A DNA stretch of 64,000 nt, taken from positions 294,270 to 358,269 of IMG/VR virus record IMGVR_UViG_3300027759_006101; one strand, written 5' to 3'. Within the stretch, counting starts at the first letter, position 1, and the number at the start of each line of letters is the position of its first letter. Below are positions 28,301 to 36,317 of this stretch, in pieces. Under the pieces are notes generated by a model, which worked only from the letters and a program-made list of their open reading frames with translations, was not told where the DNA came from and ran no database searches. The position numbers and the translations under genes were made by a program.

Positions 28301-30929
28301 CAGATAGGTTAATGTTTGATGATGTGGCAACGGCAGCAGAAGTGTAAGAAGCAGAAGAATCATTGAAAGGCAAAATCCAATATTTTCCAGTTGCATCTTC
28401 TATATATCTTGCAGCGTGTGTAAGATATAAATCGTAATCATTCCACCAAAGCATATTGTTTTTGTAATCATTATTTTGGATTACATAAATACCATTTACT
28501 TTCTCAGAATAAATTTGAGATATTTGACTTTGATCGCCTACGTAAATACCTTTATCAGTATTATCATTATTAGCAACATAAATAAAATGATCGTAAGTTA
28601 TTTCATCAGGCTTGTTTTCAACATATGTAATTCTTTTAGGATTTATCTCTTTAATATCAGAGATACCGTTCAATGTTGTTATAGCAGTCCCAGAAGAATC
28701 GTAGTAATTTGAAATTTCTATCCAATCCCAATTTTGTACAGCTTCATTTTCAGGAATGACTGCATAAAATATTTTATCAGAAGTAGTTGAATAGTAATAA
28801 GTTTGATAACTTTCGTCCACTAGTTTGTCGCTAGAAACGATAAATTTATTAATAGAATAACTTTGAAAAGTACTATTCTTAGGATATTTTATTTCAGTCC
28901 ATTTATCAGTAACATCTTTGTAAAAAACTCTATTATTTGATGTGACTGCATAAAGATTATTGAAGTAATTTTCATCAGGCAAAATATTATCTTGTAAAGA
29001 AACTATTTTTCCATAATCATTTTTCCAAGATGTAAAATCAGATGCTAAATTACTATTTATGTTGAAAGAAAACAGTCCTCTAGAAGAAGCTGCAAAAAAT
29101 TGTGGGATATTACTAATAATATTTTGGCTTTCAAGAAAAACTGTAATATCATCATAATATTGAATTTTTGAATTAGTATTGTGAGGATAAAAATAACTTT
29201 TGCCAATACCAGTAACTAAAAATTTATTTGGAGTGAAAGTTAAGTTTACTTTGTGTAAATTATCTGAATAGTGATTGAGAATTAAATTTTTGATACTCAC
29301 TTTACCAGACAGTACAGAATTTGCTGATATATTACTTATTCTTTCATTCGGCAAAGAATTAGTAACTTCTTCAACATTTTCGCTTACAGTAATTGACAAA
29401 TCTTCAAATGTGTAATCATCATAATTTGGAAATGATTTATTGAGATAAATTGTTCCAGAAGTAGGATTTATTCTATAATGAATAGGATCAATTGTAACAT
29501 TGTTTATTTTTACAATTGAATCTCTGTAATCAAAATTTGACCAAGAAAATAATTCATATATATCAGTAATTGAACCATCATCATTTACTTGCTGTGTAAT
29601 TATTCCATTACTTAATTTTTTATATGATTGCAAAACTAAAGCTGATGTAAGTAGTTGTTGACTTGAATCAACTACATACAATTTTAAAGATTTAGCTATT
29701 GGTAAATACACTTTGAGAGCTGAAGTTTGTTTTATAGAATATGTTAAGAATAGTTTATACGAATTGCCAGATTTGTATATATTGTAATCTTGTGCAGCTA
29801 ATGTTTGTCCATCAAGTTTTACTATAGCTTCGCCATATCCAGCAATATCATCAGAGAATATTTCACCGCTTGTTCTTCTTAGAAGGAAAATATTTGTATT
29901 ACTGTATGTATTAGACTCATCGTAATTGCTTGCATTTAGTACTAGGTAATTTCTTAAATTAATTTTGGATGCAGAATTTTTATCACCCAAATGTTTGTGC
30001 TTCAGATAAGACAAGTTTAGATTAGTTTGAAAATCGCCTAGTGTCTCGTTAAATTGTTTTCTTTTAGTGGAATATTTTATTTCTGAAACGATATTGTAGT
30101 TAGCATAGGTTGTATCTGATTCAACTACTATTTCTGCTAAATATAAAGCGCTAGAATATGAATCGTAATTTTTATCTGGATTTTGAGGAGATACTATTTC
30201 GCAAAATTCATCTTGCAAAGTTGATATTCCAGGTTCAGCCCAAACATAAAATGTATTATTTACGGTGTATCTGAAATAATAAGATTTTTCTGTTATAGCA
30301 GCATATTTATCTAGTATGCCTCTTCCTGAACTTACTTTGACGCATTGTTTGAAAGCATTATCAAAATATAGATTAGTTGAACCTAATGCAAAATTTGTTG
30401 CTGAAACTGCTCCTAGCCAAAGTGTTTGTTCGTTGTCGTCACCACTTTCAACGTAGACAACATAATTACTTGTATAGTCTGAAGATGAATTTAATGATGA
30501 GTGTCTGGACCAAGCGCCTGAAGCAACAGTATAAACACCATTTTGTGATGCAGTGGATTGGTTTTTTACAAGAACAATATTTCCAGCAACAACAGATATA
30601 CCATCTATTGTTTGAGCACCAGTAAGAGTAATATTTGAAGTTGTTGCAGTTTTTGCAGTTACAGAAAATGCTAAATCTAATAAATCTAATTTGTATCCAT
30701 ATTCTGAAGTTGTGCTTTCTACATATCCATCTAAAAGCAACAGTTGATCTGCTCTATTGTCAGTTAGTTTTTCTACTTGCCAGCCAGAAATTATACTAGG
30801 TGCAAAGAATGAATATACACCTTGAAATTGAGATTCAACACTAAGCATATTCTCGTAGTCATAACCTGGATACCAAATATCACCAAATTGAGAATATAAA
30901 AACTTATAAATAGAAGTTCGACTTGACAT
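22359..30929 (-). CDS. Giant multidomain virion (tail/baseplate fibre) protein (2856 aa)
   Basis: N-terminal domain is paralogous to the 1221-aa protein. Two fibre modules (TIDG...VLVKNQ/DQ...NG.Y....WSR), Asp-box motifs GVYRSFDEGNSF and GLWYTLDDGDNW, a YLAQTFTT jelly-roll, repeated V..N....Y..NP..G.ITF modules and two C-terminal Ig-like repeats ending VTPYDG. No signal peptide. Confidence 0.8.
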   Translation of the reverse strand: MSSRTSIYKFLYSQFGDIWYPGYDYENMLSVESQFQGVYSFFAPSIISGWQVEKLTDNRADQLLLLDGYVESTTSEYGYKLDLLDLAFSVTAKTATTSNITLTGAQTIDGISVVAGNIVLVKNQSTASQNGVYTVASGAWSRHSSLNSSSDYTSNYVVYVESGDDNEQTLWLGAVSATNFALGSTNLYFDNAFKQCVKVSSGRGILDKYAAITEKSYYFRYTVNNTFYVWAEPGISTLQDEFCEIVSPQNPDKNYDSYSSALYLAEIVVESDTTYANYNIVSEIKYSTKRKQFNETLGDFQTNLNLSYLKHKHLGDKNSASKINLRNYLVLNASNYDESNTYSNTNIFLLRRTSGEIFSDDIAGYGEAIVKLDGQTLAAQDYNIYKSGNSYKLFLTYSIKQTSALKVYLPIAKSLKLYVVDSSQQLLTSALVLQSYKKLSNGIITQQVNDDGSITDIYELFSWSNFDYRDSIVKINNVTIDPIHYRINPTSGTIYLNKSFPNYDDYTFEDLSITVSENVEEVTNSLPNERISNISANSVLSGKVSIKNLILNHYSDNLHKVNLTFTPNKFLVTGIGKSYFYPHNTNSKIQYYDDITVFLESQNIISNIPQFFAASSRGLFSFNINSNLASDFTSWKNDYGKIVSLQDNILPDENYFNNLYAVTSNNRVFYKDVTDKWTEIKYPKNSTFQSYSINKFIVSSDKLVDESYQTYYYSTTSDKIFYAVIPENEAVQNWDWIEISNYYDSSGTAITTLNGISDIKEINPKRITYVENKPDEITYDHFIYVANNDNTDKGIYVGDQSQISQIYSEKVNGIYVIQNNDYKNNMLWWNDYDLYLTHAARYIEDATGKYWILPFNDSSASYTSAAVATSSNINLSGLQTIDGYTLSALDRVLVKDQTDKRTNGIYLAASGGWSRATDLDVSSEFVSYKKINVTNGTVFGSSVWFLKPNDSFNLGTSNLEWDVYKLKVYSTNTPSGASARSIITCATERKSFRFFNEYFIGHSNGVARIKDFSVDNTTISASELYWEPLFQGSVNTLFSYDDGTNSGKLYAGTTNGIFISSDLLWEDDTSNYSFILSGYKWKRPNDTFGAIEPNFVVYNSDYQAINDLSLIYNYQLVSTGTSYVSGEQLYYENNFTTFNTDPWSVHSNTQTRNMVYINNKPSSIPFFTNSLEGTVTFLQSVSKDDLENITLSVVSENPAITNSGTKPHSSTFVPISRTSLPIAKLWKDNINSDTTLLLNQRISSYDLLLLKNETTSELVIVKSIDNTVFPIEVVLISARSSSGISFLKNTEVYGVADDVVSGLEDDIYVLKSKQKYYLDSSNNQNIQELARSLKAGISTVFDFVAPVVSQTDTRGLKNTLLVSNFLSSSTLDPDNSSYKKRTELVPSITDPESDPVMIRAILSPEKTGENTKIATDLGVWKCVNNKWALDSILDNASDTAYIVQNPELDILVGATNGLWKYNTTWTKVDDKKQNCYLKGFWNGLLFEAFGKSDGLSIKIYENGTFTSDFLKLTSSNINGFFKGQYIKIGSGTTQIYESLHASGDDGYYVLGYQANNSSFGQFINPRKMFASGNPDGVTRFYNSFQAYSVPTSSANSLYANPLFILTNDGLIKVKNWKYSYPDNLGSSDYVVDQRYLRNIECLCYAIDTDTAIGSTPGKSKIFIGTNKGVYRSFDEGNSFHKTEFMGTNPSSVFDLKIFLSSFNSLTQNVLLAATNNGLWYTLDDGDNWYRTGENTSEGYSPVLFESKPASQIKFVANDSNTVGYLAQTFTTASTANTITKVSAYVTVRDQDSLSNASYNDSVTNSSLIAYVYSVDSNSKPQTQLASSTSITSLSVRRDGFTTFDLTSDLDIPGSGVTTLAIVIKETSSSVPLFNWRKSTQVNPVSGAAFTSVNGSTWYEQLNQDFFYKVHYDINSSPTDTIVSVGNYDNSEVNWETGVFKGVLANDSGHLVLDSKFLVSNVFDSSNSVNRAYNPKSKFNSYLTSLFTRTAGRTYQDLWTLGSEIKHRSSAGFTNSGTAITNIISDLAFDGDSSNLYECLEYALIGQQPSAISGISNTTEITAVRDYLYSNNLLRIVDLKTRYKNESQKQLNIIPVTGSIGTTITISSDGTNTFTWSISEYPYVEIVKNSSILSSGFTTSPSTGQITFSTPIVSTDEIEIYFRKDWDGTHTSIPSNTTVSEYMMERWGKSFIPLVNIVSDFDSDETINQTKLIERINYSWNNQGTKVLSFDIDENANTGFIRKVNQETQGLVFDASSDTYWTNLSNDLIHGGSNNLFSGTWSKNLEFSDPKYIKSITTSYVASTGQSVDSSCLVEYRYSKDRKNFSSWASFASTTPINKEITNIDFKITLTEGWNNATQSKVTPYVQTLYYTEVAPSVDYLFSDVLTTAEDIFEYILSTNYSDTSLAKLTWGVCKGNSTNWEDFEEILSGKNGVFASRQKSYKFTQQVIKEKLICLKSPNNSRTFFVYENGTRYTWNLSDSISVFINDTLVDTTLYTSNNVNGTITFTSDIVDVNNVRATIVTGNERYEALGEGTISADYVSYYAVNGRWPGDSKIVVLVNNEIVRGGYKLDRVNGRIIFNVRRSSSDIVTLFIAGNTSYRIGLKLEKFNSNASETINFEFTNNTVPNKDVYSRYVNTPIPSLTSESLQIDSRAFKVSAGSTSEVSLSERFFTSYEYISDNEEYRPKSKWYRVRTSGGGTTVSELDSSPNYRNKLLQNKSDLNSANNYFIENDQVYVVVEPYDNFDYGISYTSSPVILKSQTAPYVSDVKIKSVVEITNNNIQSNNDLQAYYYFSTTNDLSRVEWFEWTNGVSFKIAEGSVLNSSLVLKNKAISFTVTPYDGQFYGVPQDSQIVHII

Positions 30930-30935
30930 TTTACC

Positions 30936-33900
30936 CTATGGAGCAGGATTGAATTTTATTGAAGCATCTCCTATATCGAGTTGTACGGCAAAATCATAGA
31001 CCATTGCAGGCACAACCCCAGTAGAAGTAAGGAATATTCCAAATCTTATAGTTTTAGACGCTTCTGGTAATTCGAATGTGGTATTTGGTGTAATAATATT
31101 GAAATTTTCAAAATTATATGTTTCGTTTGAATCTTCAGAAATTGTATATCCGTAAACTATGCTTCCATTATTTTTTAACTCATTTGATGTAAGCAATCCT
31201 CTTTTAATCAATGGAGCATCAGAATCATAATCTGTTGTGTCAAACATCTTTGTGAAGAAATAACTTCCAGATGACGATGTGTATGTAAGAGTTAATGAAA
31301 GTAACTCTGGAGTCACATTAGGGGTAGCAGAAACTAATTCTATTTTATATTGTATCCATTTACCAGAATAAGGCGATAAGTCTACAGTTAAGGATTGAGT
31401 AGTAGTAATTGCTGTAGGCTCATTGATCGATGAAAGTGTAGTAGCATCACTGTAATTTGATGCCAAACACTCAGATCTAGTGTTGCCTGTCTTGATATAT
31501 ATATTTACTTCAGTTCCAAAATCTAAACTTGAATCTGTTGTTGTTGGATATTTATTTAAAATTAAAGCAACTAATTCAGTCCAAGTAATTAAGGTTGGTA
31601 CGTAAATTGGCTGAGGTTCATAAAGACCATATTCTCTAACTTTTCTGTCTGGTGCAAAAATTGAATATTCTCTTGAATTTGGAACATAAATACCTTTTCT
31701 TGTTAAACTGTTATCTGCATTTTTCTGAATTTGATATATAACACCAGAATTATTTGTTGTAGATAGATTTTGATTATTTGTATTGTTTACTATAGTATTT
31801 GTAGGTGTTGTGTTTGCATCAGTTTGATTTTGAGTGGGATTATTTGTTTGATTATTTTGAGTATTTCCAGTGACAGGATTGATAGTAGTATTTGTATTGC
31901 TTACTACTGTGGTGGATGAATACTGAATGAAAGAATTAGGATTGTTTCCAACATTAGAAGTTTGAACCATCTTATCATTTATAATTTCAAATCCTGAAGA
32001 ATTGGCTGGAAGAGCTACTCCTTGAATATTGCCAGCTTCATCCTTTAGTCTTACATATATTTTTCTTTCATTGTTCTCATAAGGTGTTTGAGTAAATTGA
32101 TATATGCTGCCATCAACACCTGCTCCATAAAAAGTGTTGCCTATGCTTGTAACAGATTTTATTCTTGACACACCTAAGAACTGTTCTGCTGGGACAATTT
32201 CAAACGATTCGTCTGTAGATCTTTGCCAATACAGCTTGAGTGTAGTCCCTGTCCCAACATTATTTGTAGTCTGTAACTTAAGCTTTAAGATATCTCCCTC
32301 TGTGACAGTAAATGCATTAGTAGAATATTTTGTTGTTACTGCCGCTGAAGTATTGTAGTTGCTAATTTGCAAAGAATCATTAATAAATAAATTATAACCT
32401 ACACTGGAATCTATTCTAAAGGAAAGATTGCCTGTTTTAGAAGACAGCAATGCTCCTTCATAAGTTAAAGAAGAATTTGTAAAGCCTGCCGGAACAGAAA
32501 CTGAAGTTGCAAAACCACCATTGTAATTTATGGTAGAAGTTTGATTATTGAATGCTATAAAATTATAACTTTCAATATCACCAATATCAGTCCAAGTTAT
32601 TCCAGCGCCTGTATACGATCTCCAAATAACATTTAAATGTTCCGTAAGATAATTGTGTGAAACAATTTTTTTGAAGCCATTAACAGATTTGAAATATCCA
32701 TAAATACCATTGTCTGCAGATATATAGATGTACGAACCATTTGGATCATCGTAAGTAAAGTAAACGTGATCTGCATAAGTATCGAAAATTTTTGACCAAG
32801 TTTTGGGTGTTGAACCAATGTAAGACAATTCCCAAACTTGACCGCCCCTAAAAACTGCAATTAAAGAATTTCTTGTTACGCTTTTTGTAAGTGTTTCAAC
32901 ATTGTCAAAATTTGAAGAAAGTGTTTGAGTCCAAGTAGAGTTGTAATAGCTGTAAACTGCTGAAAGTTTGCTTCCATAGTCTCCACCCAAAGCTGCAAAC
33001 AAAGTAAATTCTTTAGCAGCTAATGCGCTTACTTTATCAAATGCAGAAAAGGTTTTAATTTCTGATAGTTTCTTGCCATCGTATTTGTAAATTGAGCATT
33101 CAGTAGTTGTGCCCTTTGATGTACCTACAAACAAGTCATTACCAAGAGATGTCAAACACAATATTGGTTTTATCAACTTGTAATTTGTCAAGCTTAATGG
33201 ATCTTTTGCATTAACAACTGACCAAAATTCACCGTTAAAAGATGCGAATAATAAGCCATAGTTTGTCCCAGCGTAAGCTTTTCCATTATGAACGTGCAAA
33301 CAAGTTATCTGGTATTTCTCTGTCACTAGAGACTCGTTTAATATTTCGTAAACTTCGCCATTGAAATACACAAACATTTTATTATTTGATGCAATTAAAA
33401 TCTTTTCATTGAATGATGTTATTGCTGTAATTTCAGATGTTGCATTCCCAGTTTTTTTGCTCCATAGATATGCAGCATTTGTCAAGTCTACATTTTGGAA
33501 AGTTGTTTCTCCAGCTGAAAAATCAATAAAGCCTTTTGAGTCAGCATTTGGAAAATTAGTTGCATCTCTAAAATCTTCAAATCTTGAAATTTGAGCAGAA
33601 ACAACATCGGAAAATTCATCATAAGCAGCTATGGTTACTTCAGCTCTTTGATCGATAGTAAAATAATCACCGTGATAAGCTAATCTTGCAGCATATAAAG
33701 AAGTGGGCGTGTCAAAAGTAAAATTTAAATAATCTAATGTTTCTTGATCTGCAATATTTTCAAACAAATCTACCCAATCAGAAGTTCTTGTTGTTTTTAT
33801 TTGACATTTGTAGATTTTTGTATTTTTTGCAGTTGCACCCACAACCAAGTTTGTTATTGTTGGATAAATATTATTTGAACTATTAGACTCATCAACTACT

Positions 33901-36311
33901 ACAGGATCGAATTTTTTATAAATATAATTTGATTGTTCATTTCCTATAACTTCAAACTTAGATAAATCAGAACTTCCGCCATATACGTCCACACTTTTGA
34001 TAGGAGATTCAAAGATATCAAGTAAATAGTCAGTTGATGGTAATTCAGACGAAGCAGTGTTAAATGCAGTTAGCTTGTTATATGCAGTCTTGTCAGCCAG
34101 TCTTACCCAAGACAGCTCGGTATCATCATAATAAGCAATTTCATTATCTGTAGATGTAAATGTAGCTAAATCTATTTTTACTGTACCCGTTACTGCAATT
34201 GGAAGATTGTCTAATGTAATATCTATCCAATATTCTGTATCTTCTGAAAGAGAGATTCCGGTGTTTGAAAAAGTATATTCTTCATACGATGTTGTAAGAT
34301 CATTGAATTGTATACTAGAAAAAGTACCTAATAATGTTGACGGAGAGTCGGTAACAGAATCATTGGTGTATAGGGCAACATTTACTTTGTCACCAAGGTT
34401 CAGAATTGTTCCAGACTTTTTAAGTTTTAGATAGATAGTTGATATGTTCTGATTTCTTGGTGAGGTAATTTTCACTGCTGTTCTGAGACTAGTAAATGAA
34501 AAATCAGATAATGTGTTACTTTGTGTTTCAGTTATAGAAGAATATCCAAGCCCTGAAAAATAGTGGACTTTAATGCCAGGATCAACATCATCTGCATTTC
34601 TATTTAATATAACTATTCCTTTAGGAGGATGAGTATCATAAATTACACTTGCTGTAGGATAAAAATCAGATTTTACAAAGATGTCAACATTTTGATCTTC
34701 AATTTTAAAATCAAATGTTTGGACATTATTTAATGCATCATTCCAATATCTTGTATCGAAAAAACCATTCAAATCATAAGATGAATTATTTTGAATTAAA
34801 ACTGGTTCAAAGTTTCTAACAGTACCGTATCCTGAACCACCATAAAGTTGAAGATTTCCATTTTGAAGAGAAATTTCAACAGAACTTCCAAAAGCAACTT
34901 TGTTATATAAAGTCAACTTTACATTGTGGTCTGAACCTGTTGAACCTGATGATGCAGTCTTGACGGGAGAATATTGGCCATCAATAAAAACTTGAAAGCC
35001 ACTTATTCCTGTGCCTGGAAGTGCTGGGTAAGACTTATTTAAATTAAAATCTAAAAATATTTCCGAACCATTTGTTGATACATAACTTGTAGTAGCTGCT
35101 GTTGCACTATATGTACCACTTGGAGAAAGTGGTAGAACACCTCTCCTTCTGTTAATAATTGCTCTGTTTGAAAAATTTGCAAGTTCATTTAAGTTTGTAC
35201 TTTGGTCAGTTATAAAGTTGGAACTTTGCTTTGAATAACTTAATGTTATTATATCTGTAGGACTGATTCCAGCTGTTATTAATAAATCATATTGCGTAAC
35301 ATCTAAGCCATTATAGGTAGTTGGAAAATCAGTAACAGATGCTATAGGCTTGTATTGCCCCAAAACAACATCGTAAACACTGAAACCTGTTGCTGATGAG
35401 CCAGGTTGTGTTAGTTCAGACATTACAACCTGAACAAAAGCTAAACCGCCTACACTAGTTTGAGTATTGACTACGACAGGTCTAGTTGTTTCTGACGAAA
35501 GATTTGTAACTGCCACTCCAGATAATGCTGAAGCATATGTCAATCCAGTTCCTGTGCTATCTCTAATTTTGAAAACATCAGATGATGGAGGATTGTATGT
35601 CAATGTGACTGGATTTGTACCGTCGTTTAGGGAAATTTTTGATTGAAGTTGGAGTACAACAATTTTCCCTAAAGTTGCACTTGTCGGATCTAAAACATAG
35701 GCATTAGTAATTGCTATGCCTGCGTTATTTTGTGATACTGCAAAACCAGCTATAGATGAAACTGGAAGAATTGGTGGTGTAGCTTCTGTGTAATACACAA
35801 ATACTTTTGAACCATCTGTACTTGTGGTTGAATAATTATAAAGCGGTGGTCTTGCTTCCTTTGTAAGGTTTGTAATACCAACACCAATGAAAGATGATAC
35901 AAATGACTTTTGCGTATCATTATCTGATAGTTTTGGAACTGTAGTTCCAAAAGATGAAGCATTATAAGAAACAAAAACAGTTTGAGCTGTTAGAGCAATC
36001 CCAGAGCCATCATACGAACTATCTACTAATCTGTCAGAACTTGAAAGTATAAGCTCAAGTGTTTTTGGAGTTCTTGAATCAATAAATGTTGCAGTTGGAG
36101 TTACTGTACCTGCTATAGAGCTTCCAAATTTTTTAGTAACTGAAAATCTTAATTGAAGTCCAGAAGATGGTTCAAGACCAGAGCTATCTATGTCATCAAA
36201 GTTTAAATAAATTCTTTGACCGTCATATGAAGTATAAGACAAGTTTGTCAAACTTGTAGATATTCCAGGACTTGCCCCGCTAAAAGCAATAAAATTGTTG
36301 TTTATTTCCAT
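30936..36311 (-). CDS. Giant virion protein with SwmB-like repeats, beta-propeller and PA14-like domain (1791 aa)
   Basis: Four N-terminal ~120-aa repeats (DG..V...F/Y.E...GF.V...V.L.L...VTLTY...I.D...V.N). Propeller blades (ITAITSFN, ITCLHVHNG, ILCLTSLG). PA14-like FRIDSSVGYNLFIND...LKLYWQ...EIVP. Confidence 0.8.
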   Translation of the reverse strand: MEINNNFIAFSGASPGISTSLTNLSYTSYDGQRIYLNFDDIDSSGLEPSSGLQLRFSVTKKFGSSIAGTVTPTATFIDSRTPKTLELILSSSDRLVDSSYDGSGIALTAQTVFVSYNASSFGTTVPKLSDNDTQKSFVSSFIGVGITNLTKEARPPLYNYSTTSTDGSKVFVYYTEATPPILPVSSIAGFAVSQNNAGIAITNAYVLDPTSATLGKIVVLQLQSKISLNDGTNPVTLTYNPPSSDVFKIRDSTGTGLTYASALSGVAVTNLSSETTRPVVVNTQTSVGGLAFVQVVMSELTQPGSSATGFSVYDVVLGQYKPIASVTDFPTTYNGLDVTQYDLLITAGISPTDIITLSYSKQSSNFITDQSTNLNELANFSNRAIINRRRGVLPLSPSGTYSATAATTSYVSTNGSEIFLDFNLNKSYPALPGTGISGFQVFIDGQYSPVKTASSGSTGSDHNVKLTLYNKVAFGSSVEISLQNGNLQLYGGSGYGTVRNFEPVLIQNNSSYDLNGFFDTRYWNDALNNVQTFDFKIEDQNVDIFVKSDFYPTASVIYDTHPPKGIVILNRNADDVDPGIKVHYFSGLGYSSITETQSNTLSDFSFTSLRTAVKITSPRNQNISTIYLKLKKSGTILNLGDKVNVALYTNDSVTDSPSTLLGTFSSIQFNDLTTSYEEYTFSNTGISLSEDTEYWIDITLDNLPIAVTGTVKIDLATFTSTDNEIAYYDDTELSWVRLADKTAYNKLTAFNTASSELPSTDYLLDIFESPIKSVDVYGGSSDLSKFEVIGNEQSNYIYKKFDPVVVDESNSSNNIYPTITNLVVGATAKNTKIYKCQIKTTRTSDWVDLFENIADQETLDYLNFTFDTPTSLYAARLAYHGDYFTIDQRAEVTIAAYDEFSDVVSAQISRFEDFRDATNFPNADSKGFIDFSAGETTFQNVDLTNAAYLWSKKTGNATSEITAITSFNEKILIASNNKMFVYFNGEVYEILNESLVTEKYQITCLHVHNGKAYAGTNYGLLFASFNGEFWSVVNAKDPLSLTNYKLIKPILCLTSLGNDLFVGTSKGTTTECSIYKYDGKKLSEIKTFSAFDKVSALAAKEFTLFAALGGDYGSKLSAVYSYYNSTWTQTLSSNFDNVETLTKSVTRNSLIAVFRGGQVWELSYIGSTPKTWSKIFDTYADHVYFTYDDPNGSYIYISADNGIYGYFKSVNGFKKIVSHNYLTEHLNVIWRSYTGAGITWTDIGDIESYNFIAFNNQTSTINYNGGFATSVSVPAGFTNSSLTYEGALLSSKTGNLSFRIDSSVGYNLFINDSLQISNYNTSAAVTTKYSTNAFTVTEGDILKLKLQTTNNVGTGTTLKLYWQRSTDESFEIVPAEQFLGVSRIKSVTSIGNTFYGAGVDGSIYQFTQTPYENNERKIYVRLKDEAGNIQGVALPANSSGFEIINDKMVQTSNVGNNPNSFIQYSSTTVVSNTNTTINPVTGNTQNNQTNNPTQNQTDANTTPTNTIVNNTNNQNLSTTNNSGVIYQIQKNADNSLTRKGIYVPNSREYSIFAPDRKVREYGLYEPQPIYVPTLITWTELVALILNKYPTTTDSSLDFGTEVNIYIKTGNTRSECLASNYSDATTLSSINEPTAITTTQSLTVDLSPYSGKWIQYKIELVSATPNVTPELLSLTLTYTSSSGSYFFTKMFDTTDYDSDAPLIKRGLLTSNELKNNGSIVYGYTISEDSNETYNFENFNIITPNTTFELPEASKTIRFGIFLTSTGVVPAMVYDFAVQLDIGDASIKFNPAP

Positions 36312-36317
36312 ATTTTA

